Assembly: GCA_964035545.1 (NCBI GenBank)
Contig: OZ037772.1
Span: 124,001 to 188,000, forward strand
Direction of reading: 5' to 3'
Length of the DNA stretch: 64,000 bases
Origin: Bugula neritina
Taxonomy: Eukaryota; Animalia; Bryozoa
Positions 14,323-28,698 of the stretch are shown here, in pieces (position 1 is the stretch's first letter; the number at the start of each line of letters is the position of its first letter). Below the pieces are notes generated by a model. The model worked only from the letters and a program-made list of their open reading frames with translations, was not told the DNA's origin and made no database searches. A program made the translations under genes and the position numbers.

Positions 14323-14932
14323 ACCATAATCAAATAATGCAAAGCTCTCTGAAAAAACAAAAATGCTCCGAGACAGAGTTTTCCCCTTTTCCACATAACA
14401 AACATAAAATAATGAAAACGAAAAAGATCCCAACATAACTTGACAGATTAAACTCAATTGAGCGTAAACATCACCTGGTTCTCCAAAAAGTCCGGTATCT
14501 CCTGACAAACAAGGTGGTCTCCTTTCTCCTGCATCTCCAGGATTGCCGGATATACCAGGCAGGCCATCAACATCGGGGGAACCCTTCCTCACCATCAGTT
14601 CTGTAAGATCCCGGGTGTCTTTTATGACCCATTATCCCTTTCTGTTCACTGCAAAACAAGATTAACACGTAATACAAGTAGGCATGGCCCTGCAGAACAG
14701 AACAGAGTAGCCAATCACATCACTACTCTGATACTGTCAAGCCAATCACATCGCTTCACTGGTATTGTGAAGCCAATATTCTCATTACAATACTCAGGCA
14801 ATAATAAACAGCAAAATATGAAAAAACAATTTATTTAAAACTTATTACCGAATTAAAGTTTACTTCTAGTAAAAACATGGTGGAGAATACATCTAGACCT
14901 TGAACAATAAAAGTATGAGCTCCATAATAAAC

Positions 14933-15461
14933 CAGGGTTGGGGTCAATTACATGTGAATGCAATTAATTACAATTACATGAGAATTTGTCAATTACAATT
15001 ATAATTACAGTTGAAATAAATGTAATTAATTACAGTACAAAATTACATTGTAAAGCAATTAATTACAATTACATGGCAATGCAAATAATTACAATTACAA
15101 TTACTTTTGTTCTCACAAAGGACAAATAGAAGTTATGCAATTTCACTTCTAGGGTCCAACTAGCAGGGGCAATTTTGACAGGGGTGAACCTCCTTTGTTC
15201 TCAACACTGATACTATACTACATTGACTTAACCTGAACTTGTTATTTAACAGTAGGCATGTTAAAAAAGAATGAATTTCTTAAGATTTAAAAGTTTGAAG
15301 TAATTGAGATGTAATTGTAAAAATAAATTACATTAGATATGTAACTAATTACAATTACAATTACATGTCTATACATCAATTACAAATTAAATTCAATTAC
15401 TTAAAAAAATGCAATTAAATACAACAAATTACAATTACAAATTACAATTACCCCAACCCTG
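14933..15461. mobile_element. hAT MITE with AATTAC-rich arms (truncated paralog at 59915-60366)
   Basis: TIR CAGGGTTGGGGT...ACCCCAACCCTG; perfect 8-bp TSD TAATAAAC. Confidence 0.9.
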
Positions 15462-16317
15462 TAATAAACTGTGAAACACCTAGACGTGGCTAACTGATAA
15501 CACAAGGCAAGGAACTCAAGCGATATTTCCAAATATTTCAGAGGAAACAACTCCCACACAAGCAGTGAGCCCCACAAAAATACTATTCACCAACCTCGGT
15601 TCTTGCAGGTCAAGATAACCAGGAGCACCGACTGGTCCGAGGAATCTCTTGAGCCCAGTCGACCGGCTCTCTCCCATTGGACATTGAGGTCCGGGTTTTC
15701 CAGCATCTCCTACAGAACAGGGCAATCCCGTTTCCCTCGTCTCCTCTGAAGTTCGGCAGAACAGAACAGAGTAGCCAATCACATCCCTGCTCTGATATTG
15801 TAAAACTAATCACATCGCTGCACTGATATTGCTAAGCCAATCACATTGCTGCTCTGATACTGTCAATATTCTTATTACAAGATTCAGGCAATAATAAACT
15901 GTACAATGCGAAACAATAATTTATTTTAAACTTATTACTGAAATAAAGTTTACTTCTAGTAAAAATATGGTGGATAATACATAGACAATGAACAATAAAA
16001 GTATGAGTTTCAGAATAGTTTGTGAAATACCTGCTATGATAGAGACATGTAGGCAGTGTCTAACCTGGTTGGATGCACACTCAGAGTCACTTTTACACGT
16101 CAGTGTGCACACCTCGTTAACACAGATCTGATGAGGTAGACATTCTTGATGAGTCTTACACGTGAGTAGAGCGAGTCCATCTGATGGAACTATACTTTGT
16201 ACAGTAAACTGTAGAAAGATATCATATACCAGTATCAAAACACAGTCTAGGTCTCAGTTGGTAGCTTCACTATATATCTGATCGATATTTACCTATCTGT
16301 TTATCTGCCTGTCTGTC

Positions 16318-16416
16318 CAGTCAGTCAGTCAGTCAGTCAGTCAGTCAGTCAGTCAGCCAGCCAGTCAGTCAGTCAGTCAGTCAGTCAGTCAGTCAGCCAG
16401 TCGGTCAGTCAGTCAG
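16318..16416. repeat. (CAGT)n microsatellite
   Basis: Direct reading. Confidence 0.95.
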
Positions 16417-16671
16417 TTCATCTGTCATTCTGCTAATATATGGTAATGGTATAACTTATACTAGGCAATACCTATACCTCTGATCCAAGTTGTCTCCACT
16501 CTCTTCCAACACTGCTGCAAGCTGACCACTCGTACCGTAGGAGACAAATGAGTCATTACTCAAGTCACTAGCAGGATATATAGACACCACTTTGGTTGTG
16601 GCTACAAGAGATGTAGAATAACTTGTCCAGCAACTAACAGTGCAAGTTATTATGACTAGCAAACTGCTACT

Positions 16672-16983
16672 GTAACTATACTAACAGAGTAATTAAACTA
16701 ACAGAGTAACTATACTAACAGAGTAACTGTACTAACAGAGTAACTGTACTAACAGAGTAACTATACTAACAGAGTAACTGTACTAACAGAGTAACTATAC
16801 TAACAGAGTAACTATACTAACAGAGTAACTATACTAACAGAGTAACTATACTGACAGAGTAACTATACTAACAGAGTAACTGTACTAACAGAGTAACTAT
16901 ACTAACAGAGTAACTATACTAACAGAGTAACTATACTAACAGAGTAACTGTACTAACAGAGTAACTGTACTAACAGAGTAACT
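16672..16983. repeat. 17-bp minisatellite (TAACTATACTAACAGAG); paralog at 60492-60871
   Basis: Tandem array abutting a donor site. Confidence 0.95.
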
Positions 16984-17984
16984 TACCATCATTCTGTAGA
17001 TCCAGCGGATCATCAAAGAGTCTGTCCTGCTCAGCATCAGAAAGATCTGGATCGTTGAGAGGATAAAGCTGATAGCATATGTTGGATATGCATTCAGTAA
17101 ACTCAGATCCACATTGTTCATCTTCAGTACAGTCTATTAATAGAAACAAAACTCTATAAATAGCAAACTAGTCACTAAATAACCTCACATATCTCACATA
17201 CACAACATATCTCTACTTCTTTGCTATTTTTGATAATTGACTCACAGTATAAGTGATTTCAGTTAGTCATGACTCACAGTATAAGTTACAGCAGATACTT
17301 GGACTCGCAGTATAAATTATAGTAGGTAGTCATAACTCATAGTATGAAAGTCATCAATAACTCGCAGTGTAAGTCATAGCGACTACTCACCTGACAGCCC
17401 TCTTTACAGACACCATGGCGACATATCTGTCCATCACTAGGACAGGCTGTGTTGTCAGTACACGGATAGAAGCACCTGCAAAAAATGCTGATAATCACAC
17501 CAAGTGTGATGCATCGTTTCTACTGAAAAATCGCAAACCAAAATATGTAGAAAATAAACCAAATTCAGCTTTAAGGTTACACTCTGTTATGTAAATACAT
17601 AACAAAAATCATTCAAAAATCCTGGCCAGCACAGATATAAGTACAACAGAAAGCAACACTTTTAAACTCTAATAGAGTTTAGAACAAAGATTTCGCATTC
17701 AAACCTGAAGAACATTCTACTAGTTCTGAGTGATAAAGATCCTAGACAACAGTTCTGTCATCTGGTGAGGCCTGCTGATAACATCTTTTCTCCAAACAGA
17801 TCTGCAGCTTCCCACAGTCTCGGTCAAGGTCACATACCCCAACACAGGCACCACGCTCGCAGGTGAAGCCACACGCACAGTTCTCAGGGTCTGAAGAGTT
17901 CAACAAAAACTATAAACTATACGGATGATTAGTCAGCTTAGTTGCGTCAGAGTTGAGATGTGCTGGAGGGTAGTTGTTGAATAC

Positions 17985-20670
17985 TAGCAGTATAAACTAG
18001 TAAGATAACTTGGTAACATAAACTAGTAATATAACTTGGTAGTATAACTTGGTAATATAAACTAGTAATATAACTGGGTAACATAAACTAGTAATATAAC
18101 TTGGTAACATAAACTAGTAATACAACTTGGTAACATAAACTAGTAATATAACTTGGTAATATAAACTTGTAATATAACTTGGTAGTATAACTTGGTAATA
18201 TAAACTAGTAATATAACTTGGTAACATAAACTAGTAAAATAACTTGGTAGTATAACCTGGTAATATAAACTAGTAATATAACTGGGTAACATAAACTAGT
18301 AATATAACTTGGCAAAATAAACTAGTAATATAACTTGGTAACATAAACTAGTAATATAACTTGGTAATATAAACTAGTAATTTAATTTGGTAACATGAAC
18401 TAGTAATATAACTTGGTAATATAAACTAGTAATATAACACGGTAATATAAACTAGTAATATAACTTGGTAATATAAACTAGTAATATAGCTTGGTGATAT
18501 AAACTAGTAATATAACTGGGTAACAAAAACTAGTAATATAACTTGGCAAAATAAACTAGTAATATAACTTGGTAATATAAACTAGTAATATAACACGGTA
18601 ATATAAACTAGTAATATAACTTGGTAATATAAACTAGTAATATAGCTTGGTGATATAAACTGGTAACATAACTTGGTAATATAACTTGGTAATATAAACT
18701 AGTAATTTAATTTGGTAACATAAACTAGTGATATAACTTGGTAACATAAACTGGTAATATAACTTGGTAACATAAACTAGTAATATAACTTGGTAAAATA
18801 AACTTGTAATATAACTTGGTAATATAAACTAGTAATATAACTTGGTAATATAAACTAGTAATATAACTTGGTAGTATAACTTGGTAATATAAACTAGTAA
18901 TATAACTTGGTAACATAAACTAGTAATATAACTTGGTAATATAAACTAGTAATATAACTTGGTAATATAAACTAGTAATATAACTTGGTAATATAAACTA
19001 GTAATATAACTTGGTAATATAAACTGGTAGTATAACTTGGTAATATAAACTAGTAATACAACTTGGTAGCATAAACTAGTAATATAACTTGGTAACATAA
19101 ACTAGTAATATAACATGGCAAAATAAACTAGTAATATAACTTGGTAACATAAACTAGTAATATAACTTGGTAATATAAACTAGTAATATAACTTGGTAAT
19201 ATAAACTGGTAGTATAACTTGGTAATATAAACTAGTAATATAACTTGGCAAAATAAACTAGTAATATAACTTGGTAACATAAACTAGTAATATAACTTGG
19301 TAATATAAACTAGTAATATAACTTGGTAATATAAACTGGTAGTATAACTTGGTAATATAAACTAGTAACACAACTTGGTAGCATAAACTAGTAATATAAC
19401 TTGGTAACATAAACTAGTAATATAACATGGCAAAATAAACTAGTAATATAACTTGGTAACATAAACTAGTAATATAACTTGGTAATATAAACTAGTAATA
19501 TAACTTGGTAATATAAACTGGTAGTATAACTTGGTAATATAAACTAGTAATACAACTTGGTAGCATAAACTAGTAATACAACTTGGTAGCATAAACTAGT
19601 AATATAACTTGGTAACATAAACTAGTAATATAACATGGCAAAATAAACTAGTAATATAACTTGGTAACATAAACTAGTAATATAACTTGGTAATATAAAC
19701 TAGTAATATAACTTGGTAATATAAACTGGTAGTATAACTTGGTAATATAAACTAGTAATATAACTTGGCAAAATAAACTAGTAATATAACTTGGTAACAT
19801 AAACTAGTAATATAACTTGGTAATATAAACTAGTAATATAACTTGGTAATATAAACTGGTAGTATAACTTGGTAATATAAACTAGTAACACAACTTGGTA
19901 GCATAAACTAGTAATATAACTTGGTAACATAAACTAGTAATATAACATGGCAAAATAAACTAGTAATATAACTTGGTAACATAAACTAGTAATATAACTT
20001 GGTAATATAAACTAGTAATATAACTTGGTAATATAAACTGGTAGTATAACTTGGTAATATAAACTAGTAATACAACTTGGTAGCATAAACTAGTAATATA
20101 ACTTGGTAATATAAACTAGTAAGATAACTTGGTAATATAAACTGACAATATAACTTGGTAATATAAACTAGTAAGATAACTTGGTAACATAAACTGGTAA
20201 TATAACTTGGTAATATAAACTGACAATATAACTTGGTAATATAAACTAGTAAGATAACTTGGTAACATAAACTGGTAATATAACTTGGTAATATAAACTG
20301 GTAATATAACTTGGTAATATAAACTAGTAATTTAACTTGGTAACATTAACTAGTAATATAACTTGGTAACATAAACTATTAATATAAGTTCGTAAAATAA
20401 ACTGTTAATATAACTTGGTAACATAAACTAGTAATATAGCTTGGTGATATAAACTGGTAATATAACTTGGTAATATAAACTAGTAATTTAATTTGGTAAC
20501 ATAAACTAGTGATATAACTTGGTAACATAAACTGGTAATATAACTTGGTAACATTAACTAGTAATATAACTTGGTAACATTAACTAGTAATATAATTCGG
20601 TAATATAAACTAGTAATATAACTTGGTAATATAAACTAGTAATATAACTTGGTAATATAAACTAGTAATT
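17985..20670. repeat. ~2.7-kb satellite with a 26-bp dimer of 13-mers (AATATAACTTGGT AATATAAACTAGT); short paralog at 61763-61925
   Basis: Alternating 13-bp subunits. Confidence 0.97.
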
Positions 20671-21879
20671 TAATTAAATTAATAAGTAAATTAATAAATA
20701 AATAGTGTTACTAGACAAAGACAGACAAGATTTAGTCGAATAAATAAATTAATAAGTAAATAAATAAATAAATAGTGTTACTAGACTAAGACAGACAGAG
20801 TTAGACAATGAATTAGTAAACTGTCAAGTTGGTTAATATGATTACAATAATATAACCTACCCAGTGAGCCCACTCCCTCAACACCTCCAACTACCCACAG
20901 TCAGAAACAACCGCAGGGATCAAAAATTCACAGACGGAAAAAGATCTCTGTAACCCAGTACAATCTCTAGACCACAAAAATCTCAAACCAGCAGGCTGTG
21001 AATTCTGTGATTATGCTCTTCTTTGGCTCCACTCTTTTAGCACTACCGACGGTAGCACAAGTCAAAGGAGGTGTAACGGTATGGAACTTCTCTATTATTC
21101 AATATTTTATTCTAGTTACAGTTAGTCGTAGTCATACTGGTCAAGTTTCACAACTTGAAGATAGACCAAAAAAATTGAAAGCATATATGTCTATTAGTGT
21201 GCAACTTGAAATGTAACTTAGAAAAGAGAGAAACAGTTAATTTTAACGCATGGTCTTCAATTAGCAATGCAAAATAAAATCAAATACTAATACAGTTATA
21301 GTTATACTCATACCGTAATAGTTATAGTAATAACCATCTTCATAATGATCATCATCATGTAGCCTACTACTACTAGCACTACTGCTACTACTAGTGGTAG
21401 TATTACTATTAGTATTAGTATTACTCTAATACTATTACTATTACTAGTTATTAGTATTAGTAGTTAGTAATGTGATTATTAGTACTAGTAGTAGTACTAC
21501 TAGTAGTAGTACTAGAACTAGCTTAAATTATCTAGCAATAATCTGGCAAAGACTATCACTATGACTATGAGTATCAGACTCAGTATGAGATTGAGTATCA
21601 GTATGGGATTGAGTATCACTATCAGTATGAGTATGTACTATAACTATGTTATCTGACTAAGACTAAGAGTAAGAGTAAGACGAAGTGCAAGTGTTACAAT
21701 AAATAAATAATACTTATTCAGATTGAGATTATTCTACATAGTCAAAATTGAGTTTCCTACATTATTTATTTCATAATATTGATTGAATTAAGAACATTTA
21801 TAATTGTATCGCGATAGCCCTGATGGCTGATACAGACATAAAATGGAAGCAAATATTACTTCTCAGCAGTTTGAAAGAA

Positions 21880-22130
21880 ATCAACTAAAATTCGCCTGAA
21901 ATCAATACGGCGACGCTTATCGTACTTCCAGCTTTGCGATCAAGTTAAAAGTTGTAGTTTGCGGGTTTACATGAGTACTCTTAGCGAGTCAATATCGATC
22001 ATTAATTTCTATCTAGCCTTGCTTCTCAAAAACGGATTTTAAAGTCATGAAAACCATACAATTGGATATTGCTTAAGTACAATGAGAGGCGTAAGCGCAC
22101 CGTCTAGATAATCTTGTCGCATTGTAAAAT
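21880..22130. promoter_or_regulatory. Candidate promoter between the divergent collagen and VARS relics
   Basis: CpG-enriched patch flanked by low-complexity tracts; possible non-coding exon donor GTAAGT at 22309. Confidence 0.3.
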
Positions 22131-23029
22131 AAATTATGCTATATACTTGCTGTACCCACTAGGATTAGTGATGACTGAGCATGAGTTGCTTTATACTTGT
22201 GACTTATAAGTTGTAGTTTTTAACTCAATTTGACGAAACTTATTATCCTTATTTTGCTTGAAAAGAATGCTACGCTTTAAAGATTTAATTCTCTTGCATA
22301 AGCAAGTTGTAAGTAATAGTAATACTAATACTAATACTAATAGTAATACTCTAATTGAGTAAGTTGTAGTGTTAATATAATTTTTTATTCATTATTAATA
22401 TGAATAAGAATCAATCAGTTATAATTATTGAATAAGTATAACATGATATTGATATTCATATTGATTATGATCAAGATTATCATTATGATTATGATTATCA
22501 CTGATAAGCGATAAATGATAATAATAATCATTATGATTATGGGTTCATCACTTTTCATTTTTTTAAGTGATTATCATTATCGTTATGAATATGATTTATG
22601 AATTTCATTAATCATAATGAAAGGTGATGAACCTAAATAAAATGATATAAATAAATTTAAAAATTATTATAAAATAAAAATATAAATATTTATAATGCGT
22701 ATTTCATTTTGATTTTGTAGTAATTATATTTATTATTTTTTAATTTATGTTAACTCACCTTCAATTAGTTATACTCAAGTTATAGTTTTTTATATTCCTA
22801 GTGATAGTCTCAGCCCTCACGGCTTACAGTTACTGATTGGGATAGACTTTCTACAGCTACTATGTCTACTGGTACTTGGGTACTCCTAGTCATATTGATA
22901 GTCCTCTTACCTCTTACGCGCATTAGAGCATGTAGCAAGAGGCACACCTCTACAGTTGCTGATTACAGGCTAGCAAGTATTTTCAGTATGTTGCACATAT
23001 ACAACTCTGGTGTATTGATCAATTATTTA

Positions 23030-23420
23030 GCATAGACTTAAGCTCTCGGGCTGTTTTTGGAAAGAAGCTGCTGTAGTAGGCTGCTGATTTTGCAAAAATG
23101 GTTGGGGAATCGTCCCTGCTTGATGCCTTAGTAAACCTAGTATTTTAGGTTTTACTGTTCATCAGTTCATAGGAGTTGGTTAGAGATGCCTGATTTCCCT
23201 CATTAGATAGAAGTCGCAACAGTAACTTGTGCCTCAGCTTGAAGCGTCTGTCAGGGAGAGATTCTAGGTTTAGTTTGTCACGTGCCACAGTGATACTGTC
23301 TCTGCCTTTCAATTTAGCAATGAATCTGATTGCATTATTTTGCACCTGTTCTATATCTTTGATGAGGTATTGCAAACGGGGATCTCAAATTGCTGCTGCA
23401 CCTTCTAGTTGTGGCCTACT
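23030..23420 (-). mobile_element. Non-LTR (CR1/L2-like) ORF2 C-terminal fragment
   Basis: RPQLE...*DP...IEQVQNNAIRF...LPDRR...SFFPKT, with stops. Confidence 0.75.
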
Positions 23421-25149
23421 CATACTCATGTCGATAATTCATTTAGTTTACCTTACTATTTTAGTTTCAATAAATACAATTATATTAATTATATTTATAA
23501 TAATATTAACTATAATAATTATTTAATTCTATACCATGATTTGATAATTATTATTGTAATCTAAAAATCAAATATGCCTATTAATATTAATTTCATAGTT
23601 ATGATAATAAAAGTGTGAAATTAAATCATTTTTAATGTTCATTCAATGATTTAAGTTCTTATCATTAAAAACAAATGGTTAATTATCGTAATTGATAAGT
23701 TAAAGTTGAGATAATCATAATGGTAGACATAATGATAATCGTGAATAGTATAATCATCACCTAAAGTAAAAGGTAAACCGTTATCATGTTCATAATGACT
23801 ACATAAAGTTGAATGTTGTTATGATAGTAAGTTATACTTGTATAATTAAATAAAAGTAATATTATTTGATTTTACATTTCAAGCTGCAATTACAAAGTTT
23901 GACCTTTGATGGTGAAAAGCAATCATCACCATCATCATGCTGATCACTTGCAATCTATTCATATTACTAATTAATCATTAAGCATAATTGTCAGTCATCA
24001 GACTGAGTCATTTATGGTTGACCTTGTGATTAACATTGGCATTTCGATTTTAGCAGAATCTTTCAAATGACAATGATTATTATCATGTGATAGTCACAAA
24101 GTTGAAATCCAGTATCGTTTGTCTGAAAATTTCGTGATTTTTCATTAGAATCAGAGATGAGATGTCTGTTCGTGAAAAGTCACAGTCTTTCATTATTGAA
24201 CTGTGTGGTTTATAGAAGTTTTATCACTGAACTCCCACGCATAACTAAGGCAATACTGAGCCATTAGTTTATATTATTAGTATTAAGATATCTGTCTATA
24301 ACTACACTGGGTCAGTAGTTTGTATGTTTAGTATTGAGATATCTATTAGTTCCATGCCGGCTGATTGTGTTTTAAGGAAAGTCTCACAATAAACGAACAT
24401 GTCGGAAGTGAACCCTGGTGATGCGCCAACTGGCGAGGTCAAGGTGAAATCTGAGAAAGAGTTATAGAAAGAAGCTGCTAAAGCTGCTAAACTAGCCAAG
24501 TTTCAAGCTAAGCAGGCTAAACAGAAGGCAGAGTCTGCCACGACTACTGAGGTGTCTGTTTAGTTAGTTACAAGTTCTATATATACTAAGGTAGGTGCAG
24601 TAATGGAGAAATTGAGAAAGCCTGTGTTCTAGATTAGAAATGTAGCATAAGAAGTTGTGTTTTTGTAAGAATTTCAACCCAAACCCCAAACCAAAATTTG
24701 ATAATAAGATTAAAGAACCTAGGCTATCTCGATTTCTACACTACTGCTCCTAAATGTATATATTTGTGTTACTTTCTATTCATATTTATGGTTGTACTTC
24801 TACATGAAGGTGTTACTTGAATTACATATTCGTATTGCGACTGTATGGCTGTACTTTTACCTGGAAGTTGTCTGTATCTGCAGCTAACAATTTCCTTTTT
24901 ATTTTCTTCAAATTTGATTTTTTTTTTCTAGAAAAAAGTGAAAGAGAAAAAGGAGAAGGCTGTAGTAACGTATGTCGATGACACACCAGTTGGCCATAAG
25001 AAAGGTTCAGTTCAATTATTCTCTACATTTTATACTCAATTGAGCTCTTCATTCTTTTACTTACAAGTTTCAGCTGAAGCACTGATTTATCAGTGTACAC
25101 TGCTCGGTAGTGAACACACAGTTATGTGTGTAAGCAGTTTTACTAAAAA

Positions 25150-25468
25150 TTGTTGAAATCATATTAATAAGGAAGCTCACTCTGTAATACTCAAATATAA
25201 CTCGCTTAATCACTATTTGATGCCCTTTGAAAACGTAATAAATTAAGTTGACAGCATAAAAGTGATAATTGAAAAAGACAGCCGATGTAATTATAAACAT
25301 GAATACCCCATATCTAAAGGAGTTATCATTCCCTTTGATTGTTACTCTAAAATTATTTGATTAAGCATGTACAAAGCAAAAATTTTGATGATTGGCTTTT
25401 AGAATGAAATGCGAGTCGGCAAAATTGAATTTCTGACTGAAAATCGTGAAGGTATAAACACTGCTTTA
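25150..25468. mobile_element. Diverged relative of the 46952-47398 MITE
   Basis: Shared blocks TTGAAATCATATT, CTATTTGATGCCCTTTG, GCATAAAAGTGATAATTGA and GAAAATCGTGAAGGTATAAAC. Confidence 0.7.
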
Positions 25469-28400
25469 GACTGAAGTAATAAGACATGGTATTCCAATAT
25501 CCTACATTTAGGGCTGCCCTACTCATACATTGGATAGCCTCAGATTCAAATACTCCTAACAGTCTGCTGTGTATAAGTTATATAAGTTGTAGTAGTGGTG
25601 TCAGGCCACAGTCTTATTTATTCGTCCTGGTTGGTGGTTAGACTATGGGCTATGAATAGATTATTGTATTTATACATGTGTTTATCATATTTGAACTGTA
25701 TGGACCAGTAGAAGACAAGTCTCAACTTAGTATATCTAGATATCAGTGTATAGTCACCATCCTTGTGAGAGACTCCTGGTGGAAAGCATTTTTGTTAAAA
25801 CAGGCTGAGGACTTATTTAGATGTGGCACAGGAGCAATTATGACTGGATGCTCTTCTTACCATCACCAGTGGCCTTTGTCAAACAATGGCTTCATGTTCA
25901 CTAGACAAACGCTCTAACCCCTAGACCACAGCTGCTCCCCTATACTTTATAGTTTTCTGTTATTCTAGACACGATGTGTCCCATGCCTGATTCTTACTCC
26001 CCGTCCTATGTGGAAGCTGCCTGGTACTCTTGGTGGGAGAAGGAAGGATTCTTCAAACCTGAGTATAATCTCAAAGGTACACTTCTCATCATAGTAAAAT
26101 CTATAATGTGTGATTGGTTACTTCTAACACGTAGAGGTGTGATTTGTTACTCTGTTGTAACAGGCACTGTGATTGGTTGCTTTTTACTTTGTAACCGAGA
26201 GAGATGTGATTGGTCGCTTTGTAACAGGTAGAGATGTGCTGAAACTCACACCTGAAGAGAAGTTTATCATCATGATCCCTCCCCCTAATGTGACCGGGAC
26301 TCTTCACCTAGGACACGCCCTCACGGGGGCGGTTGAGGATGCGATAGTTCGGTGGTGAGATGTTCATTCATATAGATGAGACAACTCCGTACTTACCTAG
26401 TCACTAAACTGGTTGTGTATGTAGCTTATAGCATGTAACAGTAGACACCATTCCTCTGGTGGTGACTACGTGACATTTTGGCATCTTGCCAACTCACTTT
26501 GAGATATTCCACAGACAGGCTATGAACATCCCCCTGTTAATTCTTTTTTGAATGCTGAGAAAATTTGTGTTAAGTACCGGTTGGCATAAGTCATTCATCT
26601 ATTATATTGATGTTATTTCAACCACAGATATTTCTCTCAGCACCTTTCCAGAATATCTACAGGTGTCTGATATGCTTGTCTGTCAGGTGTCTGCAGGGGT
26701 CAGTTCTATTGTATTGTCAGGCACCGGATGAATGGGAAGGTGACACTGTTTGTACCCGGATGTGACCACGCAGGAATAGCCACTCAAGTTGTCGTCGAGA
26801 AAAAACACGCTAGAGAAGAGAATAAAACTCGACACGATTTGGGACGAGATGAGTTTGTGAGACGAGTGTGGGACTGGAAGAACCAGTAAGGGAATATTTT
26901 ATCTTGAAAATGCATTTCATAGCGACTTAGTATTCGGGTTTGAGTTTTTATTTTATCGTATTGGTGTGCAGTTGCTACAGTTTGATATAAGATAATATAA
27001 TAACGCTAATATGATAAAATTATATATATAATTGAATATACAAAAAGTTAAATATAGGTTTACTTCATCACACTCTATCATTGGACTCATTATTTAAGTT
27101 GCTAATATAACTAAGTTTTGCAGCACAACGATTGGTCAGTGTTATTATATAATTTCTATAGAAAAGGAGACAGAATCTACCATCAGTTGAGGAAAGTGGG
27201 CGGGTCTTATGACTGGGACAGAACTACGTTCACTATGGATGAGGTGAGGAGTTATCCTCTCTATACATATATTATGTTTGAGTAGTGGAGTCTATATGCC
27301 GTGTCGACTGTTTACTGACTCAGTGTGTTATCCTCTCTATGATTGGTTAATCATGAGGCCTGGTCTCCAATCAGCTCACACTTGACACATGACTCATATA
27401 TACTTGTTTATTAGAAATCTTTAAAAGCGGTGAACGAAGCGTTTATCAGAATGCACGAGAAAGGTGTGATCTACAGAGCTAACCGACTGGTCAACTGGTC
27501 CTGTACTCTCAACTCTGCCATCTCTAATATTGAGGTATATCGTACAGTATCAGTTTGACTCCCGGCTGTGTGTACGTCAACTGGTTATTCACTGCGAGAC
27601 TTGTGTGTTGGTGGTAACTAACCTAATAGTAGTATTCAGACACAGCCTGATATATTACATTATGACTATCTTTGAATGAATACATCAATGAGACCACAGC
27701 CACATATTCATTCATACGAGCATTCATATACATTATATGAACTGATAGAAAAGAATGAGAACGCAGTGACTCAAAAGCACACACTACAGTTTAACCTTTG
27801 ACCTGTATAGTCTGAGAGAGTTGTATCACTGATTGCAGGTAGACAAAGTAGAGTTGACAGGAAGGACTATGCTCTCTGTGCCGGGCTACAAGGAGAAGGT
27901 GGAGTTCGGAGTTCTCCTTTCCTTTGCATATAAAGTGGAAGACTCTGACGAAAAGATCATTGTGGCCACAACTAGATTAGAAACTATGTTGGGTTAGTAG
28001 ACATCAATGTCACTAATAGCTTTGTTGCTTAGCAACGTAATAATAGCTGACTCTTGCTGCCAGTTGAAGTAACTCCAGTAGATCTCTCTAACTATTCTTA
28101 CTTTCTCACTTAGGAGCAGTAGTGGAGAACTTGAGATAGTCTAAGTTCTTTAATTTTATTATTCCATTTTGGTTTAAGGTGCGGGTTGAAGTTTTCAAAG
28201 TCCGCTATTAGGTACGATCTATGACGCTACATTAGACATTTATATCCAATGAATTAACGCAAAAGTTTTTCTGTCCAATAGGAGTCCGCCGCAACTTATT
28301 TGAATCAAGCAGTGCTTGATCCTACCGTACCGCAACACCGTACAGGAAGCTCAGACATTTGTAAAAATGGCTGATATTTGCTGTTACGATACGATACGGT

Positions 28401-28698
28401 AAGCGTGAATAGGGAGGTTAGTGGTTAATTAGCTTGATACTAACTTACTGGGAGTTGTGTACTCTGAGTATAGTGACTGTGAAGTTGGATCTGGTAAACA
28501 CTCAGTAAATATCAAAACTCAATACTGTGAGAGACTATAAAGTCTGGTTACTATTGTAGGTGACACTGCCGTGGCTGTCCACCCTGAAGACGGCCGATAC
28601 AAACACTTACGCGGGAAATTCGTGAGACATCCTTTTGCTGACAGGAGAATACCTATTGTGGCTGACGACTTTGTGGAGATGGAGTTTGGGACAGGTGC

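Larger units (their letters stand above)
12623..17890 (-). pseudogene. Fibrillar collagen alpha-chain pseudogene, copy A (Cys-rich N-terminal exons, degenerate Gly-X-Y exons, last two COLFI exons)
   Basis: COLFI exons 13199-13333 (1-nt deletion) and 12623-12771 (2-nt insertion). Gly-X-Y exons ~13840-13921, ~14476-14649, ~15595-15745 with Gly substitutions. Upstream exons 16065-16208, 16478-16601, 16987-17133, 17391-17475, 17705-17890 (TAG at 17742). Confidence 0.8.
1..20677 (+). repeat. Segmental duplication copy A
   Basis: Position 1 aligns to 43194. Collinear blocks 1-5.4 kb, 10.6-13.45 kb, 13.5-15.36 kb and 16.55-20.68 kb. Confidence 0.95.

Noticed and set aside
20861-20947. Possible signal-peptide exon of the collagen gene
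   Set aside because: Splice-like borders, but stops in all three frames; cannot be assigned.
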